Of a stretch of DNA of 64,000 bases, positions 40,559-51,172 are shown piece after piece (the first letter of the stretch is position 1; every line of letters starts with the position of its first letter). Origin of the DNA: Bacteriovoracaceae bacterium (GTDB taxonomy: Bacteria > Bdellovibrionota > UBA1018); the NCBI GenBank assembly GCA_947447665.1, contig CANFJX010000008.1:69149-133148 (forward strand), given 5' to 3'. The notes under the pieces are model-generated. The model was not told where the DNA came from. It ran no database searches and saw only the letters and a list, made by a program, of their open reading frames with translations. Both the position numbers and the translations under genes were made by a program.

Positions 40559-42502
40559 GTGAAAAAAAGGGATGATACGGGTCTTATGTTTATCAAAAAG
40601 GTCTCTTATTGGGGTGTCATGTCCTGTGCTTTTCTCTTTGGCTGTCAAACGGCCTACCAAGCCACGGACTCTCAGGAGCCCCCTCGCTGGGAAGCTCCCT
40701 CCCGGCCCGAGGCCCATCCATCGACCCTAGAAACTTTAGCGATCCTCGGTACCAATGATATTCATGGCAACCTAGCCCCAATTCAAATGAAAACAGAAGA
40801 CGCAAAGAGTCAGATTTCATATGAAGCCGGGGGAGCTTCCACGTTAAGTGCCTACATTGACATCTTGAGATCCGAGTTTGGCGACCACCTCCTTTGGCTT
40901 GACGCTGGCGATGAGTTTCAAGGAACCCTCGAAAGCAATCCCTCGGGTGGGGCTACGATGGTTCAGTTTTTTAACTTTCAGAAACTTACAGCCGCGGCCA
41001 TTGGGAATCATGAGTTTGACTTTGGACTCCCTTCATTAAAAGAGCGAATGAAGGAAGCCCAATATCCCTTTCTCGCTGCAAATATTTTAGATGCAAAGAC
41101 GAGTGAGCGAGCCGCCCTCCCCAATACGTTGCCGCACCTCGTCGTGACTGCAGGAAATTTAAAAGTCGGAATTCTTGGGCTCTCCACCCTCGATACGCCG
41201 AAAACGACACGGGCTGCCAACGTCCAGTCACTCCGCTTCGAGAACTTAAAAACCGCAACACTCCGCGAGGTGGAGACGCTCCGCAAAAAAGGCGCGCAGA
41301 TCATCTTACTCACCGCCCATGTCGGCTTGGATTGCCCATCAGGTAGCCGAAACTCCGTAGCCTACCAACTTCGAAAACCGACTGACCTCCAAGAGGCCTG
41401 CAACACTCAAGACGAGATGGTAAAACTTATCGAATCCCTTCCCCCCGGAACAGTGGACGCAGTCGTGGCGGGACACTCACACACCATCGTTCATCACTGG
41501 ATTGCCGGGGTGCCCGTGGTTCAAGCGGGATCTTATGGTCGTTATTTAAATGTGATTTACCTCAGCTACGACACCTCAACTCACCGAATCATCCCAGAAG
41601 AATCTCGAATCGAAGGCCCTATACCTGTTTGCACCCACGTTTTTCAGAACCAAAACGATTGCAATGGGGATCGTCCCGCACCAAGAAATGGGAGAGGTCC
41701 TTTGGTTACCCCGAGATTCCATGGCAAACCCGTTCTACCCTCAGAGCGAGTCAAAGAATTGATCGACCCGATCCTCAAAACAGCAGACCAGTACAAAAAA
41801 AGGCCGGTCGGTTGGGCTGCTCATAAACTCGAACACTTCCTCTCAGCAGAGTCACCCTTGGGGAATCTCATGGCTGATGCGATACGCCAAAACACCCGAT
41901 CAGATTTTGCACTCATCAACTCAGGCGGGATCCGAGCTGCTCTCCAGCCTGGCACGATTACCTATGGCGATATCTTTAGAACCATGCCGTTTGATAATGC
42001 CATTGCGACGCTGCGAGTGACAGGCCGCGAACTGACTCATATCCTCAGAGTAGCAGAGAGCGGCTCACGGGGCCTCGCTTCGGTGTCCGGACTGACGCTC
42101 AAACTCATCGATTTATCCATGGAGGCCCCCATCGATGACCTCTCCGGTGAGGGGAAGTATGAAGTCTGGGAAACCAACCGCTTGCTCGACGTGCGAAAAT
42201 CCAACGGAGATGCCTTAATCCCTCAACAATACTACACTTTAGCCACAGTGGATTTCATCGTCGCCGGAGGTGATGATATGAAATGGCCAATGTCCAAGAT
42301 CCCGAGAGATCGAGTTCAGCCTGACACGGGCACCCTCATTCGGGACGCACTCGTGCAGTATGTTGAAAAAAGCGGTCCCATCAATACGGAGACTCATCCC
42401 ATGGTGGACCCAGAACACCCTCGAATCAGCTTTGGACGCTCCCTGCTCAAGAAAAACACCCGCCCTCACCGCCACCGGAAGCACCCTAAAAGAAGGGGCT
42501 GA
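40559..42502 (+). CDS. Bifunctional UDP-sugar hydrolase/5'-nucleotidase (lipoprotein)
   Basis: NDIHG, DAGD, GNHEFD, GHSH, NSGGIR, PFDN, GGD; FLFGC lipobox. Confidence 0.9.
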   Translation: MKKRDDTGLMFIKKVSYWGVMSCAFLFGCQTAYQATDSQEPPRWEAPSRPEAHPSTLETLAILGTNDIHGNLAPIQMKTEDAKSQISYEAGGASTLSAYIDILRSEFGDHLLWLDAGDEFQGTLESNPSGGATMVQFFNFQKLTAAAIGNHEFDFGLPSLKERMKEAQYPFLAANILDAKTSERAALPNTLPHLVVTAGNLKVGILGLSTLDTPKTTRAANVQSLRFENLKTATLREVETLRKKGAQIILLTAHVGLDCPSGSRNSVAYQLRKPTDLQEACNTQDEMVKLIESLPPGTVDAVVAGHSHTIVHHWIAGVPVVQAGSYGRYLNVIYLSYDTSTHRIIPEESRIEGPIPVCTHVFQNQNDCNGDRPAPRNGRGPLVTPRFHGKPVLPSERVKELIDPILKTADQYKKRPVGWAAHKLEHFLSAESPLGNLMADAIRQNTRSDFALINSGGIRAALQPGTITYGDIFRTMPFDNAIATLRVTGRELTHILRVAESGSRGLASVSGLTLKLIDLSMEAPIDDLSGEGKYEVWETNRLLDVRKSNGDALIPQQYYTLATVDFIVAGGDDMKWPMSKIPRDRVQPDTGTLIRDALVQYVEKSGPINTETHPMVDPEHPRISFGRSLLKKNTRPHRHRKHPKRRG

Positions 42503-42534
42503 ACTCGAAATCAAGTTTGTGGTAAGCTCTTGGA

Positions 42535-44799
42535 ATGAAACCTGAACGCCACCCTTTTTCTGGTAGTGAGATTCTTGGTTCGATTGATCAGGCCGTAAAA
42601 AAGGACTTTGAGTCCAACCGGCGCATCCTTTCTTTCGAGGACTACCTCGGACTGGTCGCAGAAAATCCAAAGCAACAAACCCGGGGAGTCGCCCAATACA
42701 CGGTCGACATGATGGATCACTATGGGACCGAACCGGCATCCGAGTCTCAAATCAGGGCAGGGAGTGCTCATCCACGATTTAAGCTCTTTGACTTTCCGAT
42801 TGATGGAATCGCCCCTAAAGTCGTTGGCCACGAGGCGGTTCAAAATCATTTATACAAAACCCTGAAGGCCTTCGCTCGCCAGGGGCTCAACAATAAGCTC
42901 ATCCTTTTACATGGGCCCAATGGTAGCGCAAAAAGCTCAATGATCCATGCAGTCATGGCAGGGTTGGAGAATTATTCAAAACTTCCCGAGGGCGCTCTCT
43001 ACAGTTTCAATTGGGTATTTCCACTTGAACATTATACCAAGGGAAATATTGGGATCAATACCTACGCATCGAAGAGGGAGAACCTCACCTCTTATGCTCG
43101 CATCCCAGACGAGGAAATTGCGGCGCGCGTTCCCTGCGATCTCAAGGATCATCCACTCCTAGTGATACCTCAAGAGCAGAGAAAATCTTTCTTGGAACAT
43201 CTCCTCGGCGAAGATAAAGCCCAGGAGCTCTGGGGTCACCTCCCTCATTACCTAACCAAAGGTGATCTCTGTCACCGGTGTAAACAAATTTTTGATGTCC
43301 TGATCACCTCCAACGGCGGGGACTTCAAAAAAGTCCTCATGAACATTCAGGTCGAGAGGACTTACTTTGCTCGACGCTACCGAAAGGGACTCGTCACGAT
43401 TGAGCCTCAGCTCCACGTCGATGCTCAATATCAGCAACTTTCGATTAATAAAAACTTGGCATCTCTCCCTGCATCGCTCCAAAGCCTCAACCTTTTCACC
43501 CTCACCGGCGATCTCGTCGATGGCAATCGAGGACTGGTCGAGTACAGCGATCTCCTAAAAAGACCCGTCGATTCGTTTAAATATTTACTGAGTGCTTGCG
43601 AGACTGGAGCCGTCAATATCGGAAATACGATCGCCTATCTAGACACTCTCCTTCTGGGCTCTGCCAATGAGATTCAGCTCGATGCCTTCAAAGAGTTCCC
43701 GGACTTTACAAGCTTCAAAGCCCGAATCGAACTCATTCGAGTCCCCTATCTCCTCTCAACGAGCGATGAACAAGAGATTTACGAAGCTCAGCTTCAGCAA
43801 ATGGCGGGTGAAAAGCACGTAGCCCCTCACGTGTCCTGGACGCTCGCACTCTGGGCTGTGCTCACCCGACTCAAGAAACCTAATAGTATCAATTTTGCAC
43901 CGAACGTCAGCAGCCTAGTGGCTGCGCTCCGTCCCTTGGAAAAAGCTAAGCTCTACGACACCGGGGAACTCCCGAGCAACATCACTCCCGAAGAACGAAA
44001 GGTGCTCCGAGCCTCATTAGCTAAGCTTCGTGATGAATATACGAATGTCCCTTATTACGAAGGTCGAATGGGAGCATCGGCTCGAGAACTAAAAACCGTA
44101 CTTTTCGATGCAGCCCAAAACCCTGATTTTGCATGCCTCTCTCCGCTGGCCGTCCTCCGCGAGATCGAGGAACTCACCAAGCGAACGAGCGAGTATGAGT
44201 TTTTGAAACAAGACGTCAAAGACGGCTATCACAGCTCCATGGAGTTCATCCAACTCGTGCGCACGGAGTACATTAATCGAATTGATCGAGAGGTCCGTGA
44301 CTCAATCGGAATCTACGACTCTGCGCAGTGGGAGGAGTTCCTTAAGAAATATGTCCTCCAAATTTCGATCGCAATTAAGAAGGAAAAAGTCAAAAATCCG
44401 ATCACAGGCAAAATGGAAGACCCGGATTTTGCCCTGATTTCAGAGTTTGAAAAGATTGTCGGGGCGCCCGAGGAGTCTCGTGAAAAAGACTCCTTCCGAC
44501 AAAACATCATCTCTCAAATCGGAGTCTGGTCGCTTGATCACCCAAAAGAAACGATGAACTACGCCAAAGTTTTTCCAGACTTTTGGCGGAAGCTTGAAAA
44601 GCATTATTTCGAATCCCAAAAGGCCCTTCTCACTAAGATGAGTGATGCTCTCCTGGTCTACGACACCAGTGCTTCCGACCCGAGTTCGGAGGGCGGCATC
44701 CTGGCTCGGCAGACAGTAGAAAACATGAAATCCAAGCAAGGTTACTGTCAGTCTTGCGCACGTGAGGTCATCACCTTTTTGATGCAACAAAGGTACTGA
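42535..44799 (+). CDS. prkA: PrkA-family serine protein kinase / AAA protein
   Basis: LLHGPNGSAKS Walker A, GNRGLVEYSDLLKRP, RVPYLL, YEGRMGASARE. Confidence 0.8.
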   Translation: MKPERHPFSGSEILGSIDQAVKKDFESNRRILSFEDYLGLVAENPKQQTRGVAQYTVDMMDHYGTEPASESQIRAGSAHPRFKLFDFPIDGIAPKVVGHEAVQNHLYKTLKAFARQGLNNKLILLHGPNGSAKSSMIHAVMAGLENYSKLPEGALYSFNWVFPLEHYTKGNIGINTYASKRENLTSYARIPDEEIAARVPCDLKDHPLLVIPQEQRKSFLEHLLGEDKAQELWGHLPHYLTKGDLCHRCKQIFDVLITSNGGDFKKVLMNIQVERTYFARRYRKGLVTIEPQLHVDAQYQQLSINKNLASLPASLQSLNLFTLTGDLVDGNRGLVEYSDLLKRPVDSFKYLLSACETGAVNIGNTIAYLDTLLLGSANEIQLDAFKEFPDFTSFKARIELIRVPYLLSTSDEQEIYEAQLQQMAGEKHVAPHVSWTLALWAVLTRLKKPNSINFAPNVSSLVAALRPLEKAKLYDTGELPSNITPEERKVLRASLAKLRDEYTNVPYYEGRMGASARELKTVLFDAAQNPDFACLSPLAVLREIEELTKRTSEYEFLKQDVKDGYHSSMEFIQLVRTEYINRIDREVRDSIGIYDSAQWEEFLKKYVLQISIAIKKEKVKNPITGKMEDPDFALISEFEKIVGAPEESREKDSFRQNIISQIGVWSLDHPKETMNYAKVFPDFWRKLEKHYFESQKALLTKMSDALLVYDTSASDPSSEGGILARQTVENMKSKQGYCQSCAREVITFLMQQRY

Positions 44800-44816
44800 T
44801 CCATGAGTAAGAACCG

Positions 44817-45842
44817 ATGAACGTGTCCCACACTCTCACGTCTGATCAGTATTTAGTCACGCACTCAGTTGGCCCAAATCAACACGGCATCCGCTTGGAC
44901 TCATTTCTTAAGGAGCGATACCGAAAACGCTCAAGAGAACAACTCAAGCGAGCGATCGATGCCGGCATCGTGACCATCAAGAGAAACCAAAGCCCTCACC
45001 TCACCTTGGGTCGAACCAAGCCAAGCTATCAGCTCGTCCCTGGAGATGAAATCCTCGTCTTAACTGAACGAAAGCCTGAGCCCGATGTCTCGTTCGATTA
45101 TCAAATTCTTTTTGAGGATGAGAGCCTTTTCGTGATTAATAAGCCCGCCAACCTTCCTGTCCATCCGGCGGGCCGTTATTTTTTCAATACACTACTGATC
45201 CACCTCAAGACGCAGGGACACCAAAATCCACTCAAAATCGAGCACGAATTTTTTCTTGCTCACCGGATCGATAAAGAAACTAGTGGAGTTTTGGTTCTCA
45301 CAAAAACTAAAGAGGGCTGTGCCCATATTACTCGACAATTTGCTGAAAGAACGACGCAAAAACGTTATTTGGCGATTGTCCGGGGTGTTTGCCCGGAGCA
45401 GTTCGATGTCCCATTGGCAATGAATCGCGCGACGAACTCACTGATCGAACTAAAGATGGCCCCCCTACCTGAGAGTGAGGGAGGATTACCCTCCTTCACG
45501 GCTTTTAAGCGCCTTCAAACCAACGGACACTTCTCACTCGTCGAGTGTTTTCCAAAAACAGGGCGGCAACATCAAATCCGAGTCCACCTCGATGCGGTCG
45601 GACATCCCATCGTGGGAGATAAACTTTACGGCCTACCCGAACGAGAAGCACTCAGGTTCTACGAACGCCAGCATTTAACGCCCGAGGCGGAGGCTCAGCT
45701 CCTGCTTCCTCGACATGCGCTGCACGCTTCGTCGATTCGATTCACGCACCCCACGACCGGCAAGCGAATGGAATTCTCAGCGCCACTCACGGGAGACCTT
45801 CAAACCTTTATCGACACCACCACAGAGCCCTGGAGGGCATGA
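44817..45842 (+). CDS. RluA/RluD family pseudouridine synthase
   Basis: S4-like RLDSFL, NKPANLPVHP, HRIDKETSG, TGRQHQIRVH, HPIVGDKLYG. Confidence 0.92.
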   Translation: MNVSHTLTSDQYLVTHSVGPNQHGIRLDSFLKERYRKRSREQLKRAIDAGIVTIKRNQSPHLTLGRTKPSYQLVPGDEILVLTERKPEPDVSFDYQILFEDESLFVINKPANLPVHPAGRYFFNTLLIHLKTQGHQNPLKIEHEFFLAHRIDKETSGVLVLTKTKEGCAHITRQFAERTTQKRYLAIVRGVCPEQFDVPLAMNRATNSLIELKMAPLPESEGGLPSFTAFKRLQTNGHFSLVECFPKTGRQHQIRVHLDAVGHPIVGDKLYGLPEREALRFYERQHLTPEAEAQLLLPRHALHASSIRFTHPTTGKRMEFSAPLTGDLQTFIDTTTEPWRA

Positions 45843-46420
45843 TGACGAGCAACCCGTTCGAACTATTTCAACTCTGGTTTCAGGAAGCGAAATCCCAGCA
45901 ACCCAAATATCCCGAAGCCATGACGCTGGCAACGTCCACACCCGACGGAAGCCCCTCGGCTCGAATGGTCCTGTTCAGAGGGCTCAACTCAAAGGGGATT
46001 TGTTTCTATACCAATTACGAGAGTCGAAAGTCCCGAGAGCTTCTCGCAAATCCTCGTGCGGCCCTCGTGTTTTACTGGTCTGTGCTGGATCGGCAGATTC
46101 GCGTCGAAGGTAGAATTGAAAAAACAACTGAACAGGAATCTGATGATTATTGGAATTCTCGCCCTCGAGACAGTCGCATCAGTGCCCTCTCCTCCGAACA
46201 AAGCCGAGAGATCTCGAGCCGTGAGGAATTAGAGAATCGCTTTTTTGAACTCCAGCAAAAACATAAAGACCAAACCGTCCCCAGACCCCCCCACTGGGGA
46301 GGTTTCTGCCTCGTTCCAGATCGTTTTGAATTTTGGGTGGAGGGAGCGCATCGTCTCCACGATCGATTCCTCTATACCCGAAGCGGAGAAGGCTGGATGC
46401 TCAAGCGCCTCTCCCCCTGA
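45839..46420 (+). CDS. pdxH: Pyridoxamine 5'-phosphate oxidase
   Basis: AMTLAT, FYTNYESRK, RQIRVEG, PRPPHWGG, EFW..RLHDR. Confidence 0.93.
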   Translation: MMTSNPFELFQLWFQEAKSQQPKYPEAMTLATSTPDGSPSARMVLFRGLNSKGICFYTNYESRKSRELLANPRAALVFYWSVLDRQIRVEGRIEKTTEQESDDYWNSRPRDSRISALSSEQSREISSREELENRFFELQQKHKDQTVPRPPHWGGFCLVPDRFEFWVEGAHRLHDRFLYTRSGEGWMLKRLSP

Positions 46421-47225
46421 GACGAGACTCAATCAGTCGCTCTGCCATCTCGACAAAGCCCGCGCCGCACTCGCGTTGAGTGATCCAAGTGGGGAAGAAC
46501 TGAAGTCGATCGAAGTATTTTTTTAAATTCGACACTCCTACCGAATATTTAAAAGTCGCGAACAAGGGTTCATCATTGGGAGAATCCCCAATATAAAGCC
46601 AACTCTCTATCGGAGGAGCAGAGCGATTCTGAGCCTGACTCAACCAGTGATCAAAGCCCTTTTTTTTGTCGTAATCACCAAACCACACGTTAACATGAAT
46701 ACTGGAAAGCTTGGCATGAGCTCCACGATCTCGACAAAACTGAAGCAATCTCTGAACTTCATCCTCAGGCCAGGGTGAAACGTCCTCGCAAATATCAATC
46801 GCAAGATCGAATTCACGGTAAGCCTGATCCGAAGCGGGCCGAGACTGAGGAAATAGGATCTGAATTTCTTTGCCGAGATCCTTTAACTTTTGTTGAAGCA
46901 CTGAATCCGAATCGCCCTTAGGAGTGTCGAGTCGCCGCTTCACGGTGTGGGCGTCTGAACCTGATTGATCAACAAAAAAAGTAAACGCACCGTTCTCCCC
47001 CACTACGGCATCGACGGGCCAGAAGCGAGCAATCAGGTCGCACCAACCTGCCGGGCGGCCCGTGATGGGGACCACATAGAATCCAGCTTCCTTCAGCTTC
47101 CAGAGGGCTCCGTAAGCCTCAGCGGTGAGCTGACCTTCGGTCGAGAGCGTATCGTCAATATCAAGGCAAACCCCTTGGATTTGAGCTAATTGCTGATGCT
47201 GAGATTTTCCAAACGGATGGGGCAT
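46401..47225 (-). CDS. HAD-IIB family hydrolase
   Basis: DIDDTL, TGRPAGWCD, GENG, SSIHVN, GDSPND; probable start ATG 47225. Confidence 0.85.
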   Translation of the reverse strand: MPHPFGKSQHQQLAQIQGVCLDIDDTLSTEGQLTAEAYGALWKLKEAGFYVVPITGRPAGWCDLIARFWPVDAVVGENGAFTFFVDQSGSDAHTVKRRLDTPKGDSDSVLQQKLKDLGKEIQILFPQSRPASDQAYREFDLAIDICEDVSPWPEDEVQRLLQFCRDRGAHAKLSSIHVNVWFGDYDKKKGFDHWLSQAQNRSAPPIESWLYIGDSPNDEPLFATFKYSVGVSNLKKYFDRLQFFPTWITQRECGAGFVEMAERLIESRLRGRGA

Positions 47226-48112
47226 GAGAGGTGGCACTGGGTCTTCTCCTTCTCGCAAGGTTCAACATGAATATTCACCGAGGTTTCGTAAAAAGCCCCC
47301 GAGAGCTTAGCCTCCATCTGATCACAAACCGAGTGTGAATCATTGACCGTCATATGACCACAGACCACGAGATGAAAGTCGATATGGCGAGTAGCGCCGC
47401 TCTTACGAGTACGAAGGTCATGAACCTCCAAGGAGGGCGCTTGGAAGCCACTCAGCAGTTCTCGAATCTGCTGAATTTCACTCTCAGGCAACTGAGTATC
47501 GGTGAGCTCCAAAACCGCGCCGCGAACCTGACGTAAGGATACATAGAGAATATAGATCGCCACGGAAAAGGCCGTCACCGAATCAATCCAGAGCCAGCCC
47601 GTCAGCCGCAACAGCACCAGAGCAACCAACACACCAACTGAGGAGACCACGTCGGATAAAAAATGAACCGAGTTCACCTGCAAGGCGCTACTCTCAGTGC
47701 TATCTGCCACTCGAGAGTTATGAAGAAAAACATAATAACTCAACCCAATCGATATCGCGATCACGCCTACTGCAAGACCAGGATAGAGGACCACCTCTGG
47801 ATGAAGCAAGTGATCGACCCCCTCATAAAAAATCAAGGCTGCTGCAAAAATTAACAGCAGCGACTCAAAGAGGCTTGATAAGGTCTCGATTTTGCCATGA
47901 CCAAAAGGATGCTCCGCATCAGCAGGTTTGCCAGCCTCCCGGATCGAGAAGTACGAAACCGCAGCAGAGACCAGATCCAAGCCCGAGTGAATCCCCTCGG
48001 ATAGGACGCCTACCGAATGAGAGAGCCAGGCAGCTCCCAGTTTGAGTGCTGTCAACACGAGAGTCGCCCCAAGAGCCAGGGACGCCGCTTGATGCCTTGC
48101 CTTAAGGGTAAT
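47186..48112 (-). CDS. Cation diffusion facilitator (FieF-like); start uncertain
   Basis: EGIHSGLD, DAEHPFGHGKIE, HFLSD, HDLRTR, IHVEP. Confidence 0.88.
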   Translation of the reverse strand: MTLKARHQAASLALGATLVLTALKLGAAWLSHSVGVLSEGIHSGLDLVSAAVSYFSIREAGKPADAEHPFGHGKIETLSSLFESLLLIFAAALIFYEGVDHLLHPEVVLYPGLAVGVIAISIGLSYYVFLHNSRVADSTESSALQVNSVHFLSDVVSSVGVLVALVLLRLTGWLWIDSVTAFSVAIYILYVSLRQVRGAVLELTDTQLPESEIQQIRELLSGFQAPSLEVHDLRTRKSGATRHIDFHLVVCGHMTVNDSHSVCDQMEAKLSGAFYETSVNIHVEPCEKEKTQCHLSCPIRLENLSISN

Positions 48113-48746
48113 AAGCCACCCCTCCCGAAATCGAAGTGTCCGAGCTGTTGATGCCCACCGTGATTTCAAACACGCTTCTAAAATGCTGACTATGTTGGAA
48201 AATCGATCCCACGGAGATAGACGACATCCACTGATAAAGTCCCGCACCCATCTGAACTCCAAGCGGAATCACTGAAAATGGTTCGACCGCCTGGACGTAA
48301 TCTGAAGTCACTGCAAAACTTTTATGAATATAGGCAAATCCCGTCGCTTGAAAAACCGCTAAGTTCGCCCACTCCACCAACATCCCCTTCGCGCCAAACC
48401 CCACGCCAGGCTGCTTGCCCGCGTCAGGAAATACGTCAAACGTCGCCGCACCCCCGATGCGGAGGCCCTTCGTTCCTGAGCCGGTGCCAAAGATCCCCGT
48501 CAAATTCGACGACTCTGAAATGCCACGGGTATACCGTAAATTCATCCCGAGACTCCCCCCCTGATTAAAAACCACCTCAGGTTCAAGCCCAACGGTAAAT
48601 TGATCTTGCGAGACGAAATGGGGCATCGTAAAAAAGCCAGCCCAGGCAGCGTGGGGAGACAACTGACTAAGTAAAGCGAAGGCAACTAGTCCTACTGCCC
48701 CTAGGCTAAACTTTTTTCTCAAGGTGGATGCACTAAAATGATTCAT
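48102..48746 (-). CDS. Hypothetical secreted protein, outer-membrane beta-barrel-like
   Basis: Signal peptide ending AWA; alternating amphipathic strands; aromatic C-terminus. Confidence 0.6.
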   Translation of the reverse strand: MNHFSASTLRKKFSLGAVGLVAFALLSQLSPHAAWAGFFTMPHFVSQDQFTVGLEPEVVFNQGGSLGMNLRYTRGISESSNLTGIFGTGSGTKGLRIGGAATFDVFPDAGKQPGVGFGAKGMLVEWANLAVFQATGFAYIHKSFAVTSDYVQAVEPFSVIPLGVQMGAGLYQWMSSISVGSIFQHSQHFRSVFEITVGINSSDTSISGGVAYYP

Positions 48747-48844
48747 GACTGCCCTCCGAGCCAGTTGGGTTTTACTAGTTCAAACTCGTCCCTCAAAAGT
48801 CCTTCCCTACTGCCCGTAAGTCAATGATTTTTTGAGGAAACTGA

Positions 48845-49759
<915 letters not shown>

Positions 49760-49858
49760 AAACTGGATGAATTGAGTATTGACACGATCGCTGTTTCTTT
49801 GTATCCAAACAGGACATTTCTGACTTTCCCCAGGATCTCTAGCTGGGGACATCATGTG

Positions 49859-49934
49859 GTGGCCATAGCTCAGTTGGTAGAGCACCGGATTGTGATTCCG
49901 GTGGTCGCGGGTTCGAGCCCCGTTGGTCACCCCA
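49859..49934 (+). tRNA. tRNA-His(GTG)
   Basis: Acceptor GTGGCCA/TGGTCAC, G-1 at 49858, C73 discriminator and encoded CCA; anticodon arm CCGGA-TTGTGAT-TCCGG; GGTTCGA T-loop. Confidence 0.97.
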
Positions 49935-49986
49935 AATTTTAGTTAAACCAAACCCGTGTCCTCCGGTTCTTTACGCTTCATGGTGG
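49924..49986 (+). repeat. att-like direct repeat copy 1 (tRNA-His 3' end plus downstream)
   Basis: 63 bp; 60/63 identical to 50848-50910. Confidence 0.9.
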
Positions 49987-50131
49987 ACGCGTGTCCGAAA
50001 GCCTTCAGGAGGAAGCGTTTAGGGCCATGAATGCGTGCCGTAACTAATTCTAGCTCGGCTTGGGATTTGCCAATGACCTCTTCAAAGACCCGACCTTTGT
50101 TGTGGTTCACGATGATGGTGACGAATTTCTG
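49979..50131 (-). pseudogene. ISL3-family transposase remnant A
   Basis: FVTIIVNHNKGRVFEEVIGKSQAEL, homologous to remnant B. Confidence 0.6.
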
Positions 50132-50272
50132 GGATCGAAGTCCAGTGGGCAACAAATCAGCTCAAATGCCATCCATCCGATGCAGTTGCTAAAATTGGCC
50201 CCTGGTTCAATGGCGCAGATGGGACCTCAACTCAATAACTCTGCTGACCTCAAATTCCGCTTGTCAATTGAG

Positions 50273-50509
50273 TTAAGCCGCATCCTTGAGGCGCCTTACA
50301 CCATCTGCAATCAAAAGACGCATGAGCACCTGATAGGGAACACCGCGCTCTTGGGCGAGACTTTTAAGTTCTCCTAAAAGCTCATCTTCAAGGGCAACAC
50401 TGGTCGGCTTGCGGCGAGCACCCTTAAGACGGCTCATACCCTCAATAATTTCTTTAGGGTCAAACTCTACCTTATCGTATTCCTTCAAGCGTTTTGCGTA
50501 CTTCTTCAT
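50273..50509 (-). CDS. Antitoxin, CopG/BrnA-like ribbon-helix-helix
   Basis: RKPTSVAL..LKSLAQERGVPYQVLMR; start ATG 50509 overlaps the toxin end. Confidence 0.8.
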   Translation of the reverse strand: MKKYAKRLKEYDKVEFDPKEIIEGMSRLKGARRKPTSVALEDELLGELKSLAQERGVPYQVLMRLLIADGVRRLKDAA

Positions 50510-50828
50510 AAACTCGCTTCTCCTTCTGATTTGCCGGTCTTGAACTGATCGGACGAACCCGACCCTCACGCAGAGTAAAAACCACAGAAATGAACTTTCC
50601 CGAAAGTGACGGCCCGACCACACAAAGGCGCTCTTCATCTACTGCAGGGGTTACCTGTCGTCCAAGAGGTACTGCCATGCGAAGACTGAAGACAGACTCC
50701 ACCTCGTCACAGCCGACTCCATGCTTCGTCTTGCGCTTCGTAGAGTTACCCACATCCCATTCAAATTCGAACGACTCGCTTTGTAGATACCAGTAAGCTA
50801 ACCAGAGAATAAATTTGAACTGGCCCAT
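50472..50828 (-). CDS. BrnT-family toxin
   Basis: FEWDVGN..KHGV..EVESVF, EER..VG, VVFTLREGRVRPISSRPAN. Confidence 0.88.
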   Translation of the reverse strand: MGQFKFILWLAYWYLQSESFEFEWDVGNSTKRKTKHGVGCDEVESVFSLRMAVPLGRQVTPAVDEERLCVVGPSLSGKFISVVFTLREGRVRPISSRPANQKEKRVYEEVRKTLEGIR

Positions 50829-50847
50829 ATATAACACTATAGTACAC

Positions 50848-50910
50848 TGGTCACCCCAATTTTTAGTTAAACCAAACCGGTGTCCTCCGGTTCTTCACGC
50901 TTCATGGTGG
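50848..50910 (+). repeat. att-like direct repeat copy 2
   Basis: TGGTCACCCCAATTTTTAGTTAAACC..CATGGTGG, 3 mismatches to copy 1. Confidence 0.9.
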
Positions 50911-51172
50911 CCCATTTAACGTTTTCTCGACCGGGGATATGTGCAGAGGCGACCACCAGTTCGGCTTGGGTTTTGCCAATCACAGCTTCAACCATTTTTC
51001 CTTTGCTGTGGTTGACGATCGTGGTGACAAACTGAGTTCTTCTCACTTCTTGTTTTTGCCATAAGCGTGCTCGTCGATACCAATTGCGGATGGCCAGGGA
51101 GCCCCTTCTTTTTCACGTCTGCCCTGTCGCAAGTTTTCGTAGTGAGCCTCATAGACAAAACGGGAAGAGACT
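50903..51172 (-). pseudogene. ISL3-family transposase remnant B (frameshifted, truncated)
   Basis: PWPSAIGIDEHAY, then shifted frame TQFVTTIVNHSKGKMVEAVIGK..HIPGRENVKWATM. Confidence 0.7.

Noticed and set aside
42535..44799. PrkA as part of a prkA-yeaH-spoVR system
   Set aside because: No partner genes in the window; nothing further supportable
50510..50638. 121-aa version of the antitoxin
   Set aside because: Extension lies inside the toxin gene; ATG 50509 gives a typical size
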